A DNA stretch of 64,000 nt from Cyanophora paradoxa CCMP329 (Eukaryota; Plantae; Glaucophyta). Under the pieces are notes generated by a model, which saw only the letters and a list, made by a program, of their open reading frames with translations, did no database searches and was not told where the DNA came from. Where the stretch lies: the NCBI GenBank assembly GCA_004431415.1, contig QPMI01000571.1, forward strand, positions 79,293 through 143,292, read 5' to 3'. Of this stretch, positions 54,421 to 64,000 are shown piece by piece. The number at the start of each line of letters is the position of its first letter. Positions within the stretch are counted from its first letter, which is position 1. A program made the position numbers and the translations under genes.

Positions 54421-57400
54421 CTCCCCGAGCCGCGCGAGCGGCTGGGCACCGTCCGTCGGTGGATCACGCGGAAGGCACGATCCAAGCCCCGACTTCGCGG
54501 TGGGTCTGCAGCGCGCGCGCCAGCAGGCCGGGGCAGTCCTGCGCGAGCTCCGCCGGCGTGGCACAGCGGCGGTGTCGACGTCCGGTGCGAGCGCCGAGGA
54601 GCTCCGGAGCATGCGTGCAGGAATTGGTCAGGGAACCGGAGGAATCGCGCGGCGGGTCTCAATACACGCTTATATAGAGTGTATAGGCAAGCCGGCGGCC
54701 GCGGACTGACGGTGGGCCCCCGGGATAGCCAGCGCGCGCGGGATGCGAGCGTGGCGGGCGGGCCCGGACGTGAATCCACGTACCGGCACGGCAGTAAGGA
54801 ACCAGATTCAAGCGTGAATCGGGGCCCGAGGCCGATTCCGGGAGGATCGCTGGGAACAGGGTTTGCGCCGGCCAGCCATCGAGGCATGCGCAGTTGCTGC
54901 CGCGGGATCGCGCTCCACTGCAGCTATGGCGAGCCGTGGTGCTGCAGAGTTGGTCAGCTCTGTGCAATTGGAGGGACGGCCGAGAAGTGCGGCCGCCGGT
55001 CCGACAGGGCTGTTTAGGAGTGACTGCAGTGCTGGCTGTGGCGATTTCGCTTCGCCGCTGGTCGCTTCGTGGCCTGGGGCGGCCGCGAGCGAAGCTGGGC
55101 GTGAAGGGAAACCCCGAATCAGCGTACCCCCCGGAGCTCGGCGGCTTCAAGCCCGCCGGCTCGGCCCAACGGCTAGCTCAGCTAGTCCCTTGCGGGGCGC
55201 TCGCAGCAGCCTGCTGCTAATCCCGTGCTCGCCTCGCGCCGCTTCCGCGGCTAGCGAGTCGCTCAGCTCTTTCGTGCCTGGCGCTCGGCTACGGTCTTCT
55301 TTGTTCGCATTCTGTCGGCGCAAAACTCGATTTACGCATTGAGAGCGCAAATCCCGAGGCCCGGCGGCCGAGACCGGGACCGGCAGGTGTCGGCGGCCGA
55401 GACCGAAACGCCGTGACGGCATCGAATTTGTGCCTGGCGAGGCTTGGCACTGCCAGTCGCAGGTCTGATCGCAGGCCTGGGGCTCAGCAGCCGCGGAGCC
55501 TTGGAAGCTGGGCAGCTCTGAGCCGTGGTGGACGTGCTCATGCACGTGACTTCCGGCCCTCAACTCGCGGCTGAGCTCAAGCTGTACCCGCTGGCACGTG
55601 CACGCGGCGGCAACGTTAACGGCGGGGGCCGAACTCGCAGTGCCAGCAGGTCCTGATCATGAGAGCCGAAATTGACCCATAACCGGATCCAGGGCTCGGA
55701 AGCGAGCTCGAGCTCGATCGCGAGGCGCCGCGCCGGGCGGGCCGCCGGGCGTTCGAGCTGGCACAGTGGCGGCTTGCGATTGCTCCAAGGCTTAGTCAAC
55801 CGGGGCCCAGAGCGTCGACGTCTCGCTCGAACAGCAAGCGTGAGCTTCGGGGTCCGGCCGGCGGATCCGGATCTCGGCCTGACAGCTTCCAGTCCGGATC
55901 GGAGAGTCTCGGGATCCGGACTTCGGGAGTTGAGAGCTTGCATTGAGCAGGCCAGGCCAGGTGCTGGCTAGAGGTGCGCCGCGCGGCGCCTTCAATCTTG
56001 GGCCAGGCCCGGCTGCGGGGCGGCTTGCGCTTTTCGCGACAGCTGTAGGCAGAGATCTAGAGCCTCAGCAACTCGGGTCCCTCTCGAGCCTGGGGCTCGT
56101 GATTACGGTTCGCGCCGGTGCTCGCAGCTCGAATCCGCAGTTCGCATCGCCGCCAGGGCTAGCGCTAGGCTCGAACTCGTAGACCACGGGGCACAGGCTA
56201 GGTAGCCAGGTGAACCTCGAGCTCGGGAGCCACATGGGCCGGCTGTGCGTGGAACGCGCCGCTCTCGGCGGGCCTCAGACGGGCAGAAGTGCAGGCCGGG
56301 CCTCGAGATCCAGGCCTGGTCGGGGGGGCGGCTCGAATTCGAGCATCAAGGCCTCAGGATGCCGACCGGCGCTCTCGAATGCAGCACGCAGTGCTGCGGG
56401 AAGATCGTCGGACAGGCCTAGGCCCTGAGGGGCCGGTTGCGAGGCCCGGCAGCCCTGATCCGAGCTTGAAGCTCGTGCGGGGTAAATTTCCCAATTTCAT
56501 GCGGGGTAAATTTCCCAATTTCGCAGTCAAGGCCCCGAAGGAGCTTGCTGCAGAAATCAAACGCTCAGCCTGGCTCTCGATCGCGACTGCAGTCGAGCAG
56601 CCTAGCAGCTCGAGGCTTGCAGTCGCAATCGCGATGGGGTTCGCCGGTCATGCGTAGGCCCGGCTGGCCGAGGCCTGGCAGACCCCGGAACTCCGGCTTC
56701 TACCCGATGCGGATCGGGAGTCAGCCGGTCCTCGGATTGACCGGCGAGCGCCAGTGGCGCGTGTTGTACTCGTCCCCGGGCTGCCACTGGGCCACCTCAG
56801 GGCACTGCGGCAGGGCCCCGGGGCCGCGGGGGAAGATCTCGTCGGGGTGCAGGGCCGTGGCTCGGCGAACCCTCTAGCGCCCCACCAACGATGTCCAGTC
56901 TCCGAGCGCTTGGGGACTTCCTCGAGCTCGGCAAGCGCGAGGGGAAAGTCGTTGGTGTCACAGGCGTCCGGTGGGGCGGGCCCACTAGCTATAGGCGGCG
57001 ACTCGTCGCCGGCCTCGCCCGGCCGTGGAGCGTCTGCTTTGGCGTGAGCCTCGAGCTCGGAGCGCTCTCCAGCAGGGTGCACGTGGCTGGGGCGCCCAAG
57101 TCGCCCCGAGGTCGTCGGGCATCCCTCGTCAGAGGAATTTAGCGCTCCTCAACGGCAGGGGCCGGGCCCAGCTCTCGTCGCTTCGGAGCTCGAGGCGGCA
57201 GGGCTGGCTCAGGTGCCGTCGGCGCAAAGCGTTCTGGCCGCAGGGCGGCCCGCGGCCGCGCCCGCTTGCACGTGGCGGGAGCCTTGGCCTTCGCGAACCC
57301 AGCAGACACGGCGAGCTTGGCGAGCTCGCGGGGGAGGCCTCGCGGGGCGCGTTTTAATTCGATTGTGCAGCTCGAGCCCGTGGTCTTGCATTTGCATGAT

Positions 57401-59351
57401 CATGGTCAGCAGCTCGCGTACTGTGCATACGCATGCGGTACTGCCGCAGCTTGCCATCATGATCATGATCGATATCATGGCATCACTCCCCCTTCTTGCT
57501 AGCACCGTCCTCGGTGCTTCACGATAGAAGGTGTCACGGTGTGCCAGGTGCCGGCCAGCTGCAGCTGCCGCAGTACTAGTACTAGTGCAGCTGCAGGGCC
57601 AACTGAGCTGCAGGTCACGTACTACGCGTACGGTAGTGCGTACGTATACGTGCCGCGAGCTCACTGTGAGTCAAGCTCCGAGGCAGACAGCTAGCGTATA
57701 GCTAGGGCTTTACGTCTCGATTTTGCAAGCTCTAGAAGTGAGCCTGATCATGAGACCACGTCTCGCAGCTAGGCCTGCAGCTTAATCATTGAATCAAGCT
57801 TGAGCCTTGCGTAGATATTCGATGTTTGTGCCGCTAGCACCGAGTGCATCACCGTCACCGCGCGCGGCGCCGGCGTTGCGCATGCGTCAGATCCGAGGCC
57901 ATATGCATATATGCATGGCCAGCGCGCAGCCTGGCAGGCACTCATGATCAAGAGTTGAGGCCGAGGGAAGCATCAGCCAAGGGAAGGCTAATGCTCTCAA
58001 GCTCGAGATCTTGGCCATGGCGGGGCAAGAGGGCCCTGCCTGCGCGCGAGGCAGCAGGTGGTCCGCTCTGCAGTCGGGCCACTTGAGCTCCAGGTCTTGA
58101 GGGCATTCTCAGGTCAAGCGACGGCGTAAAGCCACGCTAGTCCGTGAGAGAATGTGCCTCACTCGAGATCCAAGGCCGTCGTGGTCCACAGCAGCGGCGA
58201 GCAAGCTCGGCTGCGGCGATTCTGGAGACAGCTCGGGCGCGCACGCCTCAGCCATCGATCCGATCGCTCTTCCTCTCGCCCGGAAGGAACTCGGGCGCGC
58301 GGCCTCAGTTCTCAATCCGGTCCACTCGAGCTTGTCCAGCACGATCGCAGCAGCCGTAGAGGGCTGGCGTCGCGGCGAGTGACTGGCGACCGACCGGGAA
58401 TAGCACCCTCGGGCTCGCACGGCAGCTCGCGCAGGCGGCGTCGACGAATCCGACCGGGAATAGCACCCTCGGGTATTCGCGCGCGGGCCTGGCTTCCGCA
58501 GGACTAAGTTCTGGCCGTCGTAACCGCGCTGAGCCAGAACCTCAGCCCGCGGCCGTGGGCGCCAGGCTAAGCCACGCGGCTGCCCCCACGTCTCCTCCAG
58601 ATCCGCTGAAGGATCTGCGGGCGAGCGGCTCGCCTGGCTCTCTATAGGTGGCCGCGACCGCCCGCGCTTAGTGGGGCGCGCGCGGCGCAGGCGAGGTCCG
58701 AGCCCGTACGCGTCCAGTGCCAGGATCAAATCTGCCGACCCCAGCAGATCAAATCTCAAGGGCGAGGGCCAGGCGCGCACCCCGAGGGCCGTGCGCGTGC
58801 GCTGCGCTAGCACAGGCCGTGGAGAACTCCGGCGCGAAGCGCTGGGCTCGGAGTGCAAGGCTAGCGAGAGCCAGCACAGCCGATCGACCAGACTCATGCA
58901 CGCCTCGGTCCAGGGCGAGGTTCGCCAGTCGCCGGTCGTCGTAAAGGTCTTCTTTTATCTGCTCGAGGCCGTACGCGCGGCGCTGCGCGGCGGGGCGCGC
59001 GTACGGGCATGGGCGTCGAGGTTGTCCCTCGGGGATCTGGACAAGATCTGCGGCCGTCCGTCGGCGAGGGCGACGGGAGGGCGCGTCCGACCGCATTTAT
59101 CGGTTCTCCAGAGCTAGTTCTACGTTTCCGGTGCGCTGACGGAGAGCCTGGCGGCTCGCTGAGGCTGATCGCTGTGTGCGTATCGATCGCACGCCGATCC
59201 GGGCCCGCCGGTGCGCGGGGGTCGCCGCTCGGCACTGAGAAGATCTTCTAGAGCTACTAGCGATGCGTGCGCATCGCTGCTGGTCGCCGAAGATGATGGG
59301 CTGATGCTGTCGGAGGCTGCCCACGGGCCCAGTTCCGTGAGCAGTGGCGCC

Positions 59352-59633
59352 TGTCGGATGGGAAGATTCCCACCCGATTAGGCACCCGCGCAGTACTGCG
59401 CGGGGCCGGCTCCCTGTGCTGGAGCAGCTGTAGATGCAGGCTGGTGTATTCACTGTGTACCCGGAAGACTACTGACTCTGTACCCCTAAGACAGGTAGAG
59501 GCAGGCCAGCGTAGGCTACCGAGAGGTAAGCCTACAGGAAGAGAGACTATGCTAAGCCACTCAGGTTACGTCAGGCACCAACTAGCTCTAGTCACTAAGT
59601 CACCGCAAGGCCGGGGAATCGAGCCAAGCGACA
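59352..59633 (-). repeat. LTR (5' LTR in minus orientation)
   Basis: tgtcggatgggaagattccc...gagccaagcgaca, 282 bp. One visible mismatch to the other LTR. Confidence 0.9.
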
Positions 59634-59883
59634 CCCGGGCCAGCCCTAAGCCCGGGCCGCCAGGCTGAAGCCCTGCCAGGCTGAGGCTAGCGCTAGGACC
59701 AGCTGGCCTGCAGCTGTGGGCGGCGCCCCAAGTGATCATGATCATGATTGCGCTCGCGTTAACGTTTTGCGCTCGCGATCGCCCCCCGCGGCCTCAGTTT
59801 CGGGCCTTCCATTTCGCCGCGAAAAGCAGGCGACTCCCGTCCCGGTTTTTTGTATGGGCCAGTTTGCAACTTGATCCGGCCGC

Positions 59884-59928
59884 CGCCATAGTAAAAACCG
59901 GGACATGTCCCGGTTTTTTACTATGGCG
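59884..59928. repeat. Near-perfect 45-bp palindrome
   Basis: cgccatagtaaaaaccgggaca|tgtcccggttttttactatggcg, with further gtcccggttttt copies on both sides. Confidence 0.8.
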
Positions 59929-61169
59929 TCCCGGTTTTTCGGTACCGAGCTCGGATCCCGCAGGGTCCGCTTTTCACACAAAGCCGCTTTTCACATAGCT
60001 GCAGCCTGCAGAACATGATGTGACATAGCTATAGGCTACAGCACGCGAAACTCGATAGTGGTAAACGTTGGGGCAGCGTGCTAGCGCTAGAAGCCGGCCG
60101 CGCACAGTGCCGCTGGGAGCGGCGGGCGGAGGCACTGAACGTAGAAAGAGAGGCGCTGGCCTGGTGCTAGCTGACGACTGGAGCCGGAGCAGTGGGCTGG
60201 GGCCGCCGGACAGCGGGCGACGGCGCCGGCGGGGCGGGGCGGGGCGCGGTGGAATGGCGGCGCGGCTCCGGGGCGGCGAGCCGCGCGGCGATCAGTAGCG
60301 CCAATCTCCTCACGCAGCTGCGAGCAGGCGCCAGGGAAGCGCGTCTCTCACCCGAACCACGCAGCCCTCAGGCTGCGAGTTCTCCGCCCCGCGCGAAGGA
60401 TGACAGGCTGCGTGGTTCGGGTGAGACGCGCGCGGCCGCGGCCACGGGCTTCGGGATCGCTCACCAGCAAGAGCAGCGTGCGACGAGCACCTACATCCGC
60501 ATCACCGGATGCCGGGCGGCCCGCTAGCTCTGCGCGATGGGTGCACGCGTACGGGTGAGATACTGCGCCGCCGCCGAGAACGGGTGCAGGGGTGACCGAC
60601 CAGAGCACGCTCAGGATCGCGAATGAATCGACAGCTGCAGCGGCTCATGCCGCCCTAGCTGCGATGCAGCCCTAGCTGTTTGCAGACCGCGCGCGGTTTC
60701 AGCCGGCTGCGGAACGATCAAGAAGGCAGCTCAACGTGCTCGAAGGTTTCCTTCAAGGCGGGGCACGAGGCGGCGGCGTGCGAGGCGGCGGCTTGCGAGG
60801 CGGGATTGCCGTGGGCGGCGCTTCCGAGACAGGCCAATCGTGCTCTGGAACGCGAATGAGCGCATTCTCCCGTCCAGCTGCTCGCCCGCACGCTGTGGAG
60901 CGAGATGCTGTCACGCACGATCTTTTTTGCGCCGGCTTGGGGTACCGCGCTCGCCCGTTCGCTTCGCTCCTCGGGCTTCGCAATGCGCTCTGATCATGAG
61001 GTGGTTGCCGGTGCGCTCTCTCTATGTCGTCTTTCTGCACTTGAATAACCGTCGCGGCTCGCAGTGCTTGCGAGCTCGTGCGGCGCCGCCGAGTTACAGC
61101 TTACGGCGCGCGCCCCCGCGGCGCGCGCGCGTGGCTCGATGCCATGATGCGAATGGATTGCACGCAGGC

Positions 61170-61350
61170 GTCGATCCGTGAGGCGGCCCAGGCCGTGCTT
61201 CTCCAGGCGCTGCGCATGCATATGCATATGCGGCACGGTACGCCTCCCAGCGCCGCGCCTCTTAGCTTCGGGCTTGAGCCTGGCGCTGACTTTCGATCTT
61301 TCTCCGCTTGCAGCGCGCTGCTCGACGCGCCGCACGCCGACGCGAACTTG
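61170..61350 (+). pseudogene. Degenerate fragment of the 5' part (exon2-intron-exon3) of an ANK-TIR paralog
   Basis: ggcgctgactttcgatctttctccgcttgcagcgcgctgctcgacgcgccgcacgccgacgcgaact matches ~17154-17220. REAAQAVLLQALR resembles HEAAQVGHVEALR. The match stops ~20 bp before the repeat head at 61370. Confidence 0.75.
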
Positions 61351-61369
61351 CAATTGCGGTACATATGCA

Positions 61370-64000
61370 TTTACGCCTCGCTTCATTCGAATGCAGAAGA
61401 CCTAGCTATCTTACGCCTGACACTACTTAGCTAGATGCACGGGATAGCGCATCGGTTGGGCCCTGAGGTACGGCAGCTCAAGGCTGCTTTCCCGGGAACC
61501 ACGTATCATAATACGTTGGCGATCGACCAGGGCGGATCGCCGTATGCCATTCCGGCCTCGCCCTTGCGAGTTCCGGAACAAGAACTCTCCGGGGTAAGCG
61601 CGCTAGGCGCCTGTACCCCGGTGAGGGCCGTTGCGGGACCGAGGCGGTGTACCCCGCTCGGGGGTACTCCGCTCGGGGCCGTCGCGGGGCCGATCGGGGT
61701 ACCCCGCTCGGGGGTACACTTGATCGGGGCCGCTTGGACGCTGTACCCCTCTCCGGGGTACGCGTTCGGCCTCGGGCCGCGCCTTGTGGGGCCGGTTGGG
61801 GCGAACGGCGTACCCCGGGGAGGGGTACGCGGTTTCTTCCGGGTTCGGGGATCCGAAGCCGGGTACCGCCGCCGGAGGCCGCGGGGGTGAGCGTAGCGAA
61901 CGCAGCACGAATGCAGTACCCCCTACCAAACAAGAGTCAGGTCACAGCCAGCCAGAATAGCATACATAAGAACAAGAGCGATCAAGAGGGCGAGGGTTGC
62001 ACCACCCTCCTCCTGCCCCCCCCCCCTCTCTTTTCTCCTCCCCCGCCACCTCAACGTGTCTTCGGACGCTGAGCCCCCATCCCCCAGCGCACTGTGCTGT
62101 AGGGGGAACGGGCAGAGAGCGTGAATTCGGACAACAACATGCCATGATGGGGCCGGGGGGGCCAAGAAGCCCGAGGTAACGAGCCGGCACAGAAGGCTGG
62201 GGAGGTTCTCGCCGTGCCCCTATGGGACAGTCGACTAACTGGGGCGGCGCTTGATAGTTGCGCCGCCAGATCCCCGCCGCCAACAATTGGCAAGTCATGC
62301 TGGGCGGTGCGGGCCAGGGGCGCGCTACGGGTGGGGGGCGGGCAAGGTGGCCGCACGTGCACTGCGCGTCGGCGTGAAGTCGCGCGAGGCCGTTACGGAC
62401 CTCGGGGCCGCGGCGGAATGTTAAAACACTCCAGCCGGTGCGCATCGACAGCAGGCCCACCGACGGCCCGCCCTGCGCCAGCAGGCGGGGCGGCGGCAGC
62501 GGACGAGCAAGATCGTGGGGCCGCGCGCGGTCGCTACGTATACAGACCTCGGGGCGGTGGCGGAGCCTGAGCTCCAGCCGGAGAGTGCCGCGGGCGAGCC
62601 AGCGGCCGGCCTGCCCTGCGCCAGCAGCTAGCAGGTCAGGCGGCGGCGGCTAGCCGAGCCGCAGCGCGGGGCCGCGCGAGGTGGCTACGGACCTTGGGGC
62701 GACGGTGGAGCCTGGGCTCCCGCAGCAGGGGCTGCGGGCACGCCAGCGGTCAGTCTGCCTTGTGCAAGCAGGCGAGGCGGCGGCGGCGAGCTTGGCGGCG
62801 GTGCGGGGCCGCGCGAGGCCGGTACCGGCCTCGGGGCGGGGGCGGAGCCTTCAGCTCCAGCCCGTGAGCGCTGCGGGCGAGCCAGCGGCCGGCCCGCCCT
62901 GCACTAGCAGGTCGGTCGGGCGGTGAGCCGGGCGGCGGCTCGGGGCCACGCAAGGTTGTAACGGACCTCGGGCTGAGGTGGAGCCTTGAGCTCCAGCACG
63001 AGAGCGCCACGGGCGAGCCCCACGGCTGGTACGTCTTTGTGCAGGCAGGCGAGGAGGCGGCGGCGAGCTCAACGGCGGCGCGGGGCCGCGCGAGGCTGCT
63101 ACGGGCCTCGGGGCGGAGGCGGAGCCTGGGGCTCCAGCAAGGGAGCGCCGCGGGCGAGACAGCGGCCGCCCCGCCCTGCGCCAGCAGGTTAGGCGGTGGT
63201 GGCGCGCTCCGCAGCGGCGAGGGGCCGCGCGAGGTCGCTGCGGACCTTGGGGCGGAAGCGGAGCGCTGCGCTCCAGCAGGGGAGCGCCACGAGCGAGCCA
63301 GCGGTCGGCCAACCTTGCGCAAGCAGGTTTGCGGCGGCGGCAAGCTCGGCGGCGGTGCGGGGCCGCGCGAGGTCGAGATGGGCCTCGGGGCCGTGGTGGA
63401 GCCTGGAGCTCCAGCAGGAGAACGCCGCGGGTGGGCCAGAGGCCGGCCCGCCCTGTGCCAGCATGTCAGACGGCGGCGGCGCGCGTTGTGGTGGCACAGG
63501 GTCGCGCGAGGTCGCTACCGACCTCGGGGCGATGGTGGGGCCTGGAGCTCAGTAGGAGAGCTCCGTGGGCGAGCCCGCGGTCGGCCCGCCCTGCGCTAGC
63601 AGTCGAGGCGGCGGCGGCTGGGGGCCGCGCGAGGTCGTTGCGGACCTCGGGGCGGTGGTGGGGCCATAAGCTTCAGCAGGAGAGCGCTGCTGGCGAGCCA
63701 GAGGCCGGCCCGCCCTGCGCAAGCAGGTTATGCGGCGGCGGCGAGCTCAGTGGCGGCGCGGGGACGCGCGAGGTCGCTGCCGACCTCGGGGCGGGGGTGG
63801 AGCCTCGCGCTCCAGCCAGGAAGCGTCGCGGGCGAGCTAGAGACCGGCCCGCCCTACGCAAGCTGGGGGAGCGATGGCGGCGGGCCGAGCGGTAGTGTGG
63901 GCCGCGCGAGGTCGCTTCAGACCTCGGGGAGGTGGTGGAGCCTCGAGCTCCAGCCGGGGAGTGCCGTGGGCAAGCCAAAGGCCGGCCCGCCTTGCGTACG
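61370..64000. mobile_element. Second copy of head + 139-bp array (runs off the window end)
   Basis: The head matches 39347-40330. About 12 more divergent array units follow from ~62380. Confidence 0.85.

Larger units (their letters stand above)
31393..59633 (-). mobile_element. 28.2-kb LTR retroelement, apparently non-autonomous, with nested repeats and elements
   Basis: Two 282-bp direct repeats with TGTCG...CGACA ends; 5-bp TSD CCCGG at 31388-31392 and 59634-59638; minus-strand polypurine tract GGAAGAGGAG next to the 31393 LTR. Joining the flanks rebuilds the local repeat gctgtgcggccccgggccagccct. Confidence 0.85.

Noticed and set aside
31675-59351. Intact gag-pol in the LTR element
   Set aside because: No RT, RNase H or integrase motifs found by eye. 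Fragments at 58.1-59.1 kb (minus) might be gag remnants but cannot be supported.
1-64000. rRNA or tRNA genes
   Set aside because: No recognisable conserved rRNA segments or cloverleaf with A/B boxes seen by eye. tRNAscan-SE was not run.

Overview
GC-rich eukaryotic nuclear DNA with many short introns, including frequent GC-AG introns. An MAAF-type plastid transit peptide suggests a glaucophyte such as Cyanophora, which is inference only. The left part (1-31 kb) is gene-dense: two small hypothetical genes, a plastid-targeted DUF3598-like gene, an ELMO-domain gene, and a CUB/mucin/cadherin-like/SEA-like single-pass receptor interrupted by a 1.43-kb insertion. Its main feature is a head-to-head pair of paralogous genes whose start codons are 115 bp apart (9397-16681 minus; 16797-25533 plus). 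Each encodes ankyrin repeats, two tandem TIR domains, a short coiled coil and a C-terminal CaaX box. The plus-strand protein keeps the TIR catalytic Glu (SDWCMLEL), while its partner has Gln there (SARCRAQL). This resembles a sensor/executor immune pair, but membrane-anchored and without an NB-ARC domain. Orphan fragments of the same family lie at about 30.6 kb and 61.2 kb. The right part is dominated by a 28.2-kb LTR element (31393-59633; 282-bp near-identical LTRs, CCCGG TSD) with no recognisable pol. Nested in it are a ~139-bp tandem array whose unit reads as a 70-nt intron plus 69-nt exon, a ~300-bp repeat array, and a 5.45-kb terminal-inverted-repeat element. A second copy of the head plus 139-bp array begins at 61370. 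All gene models were spliced by eye and exon boundaries are approximate.
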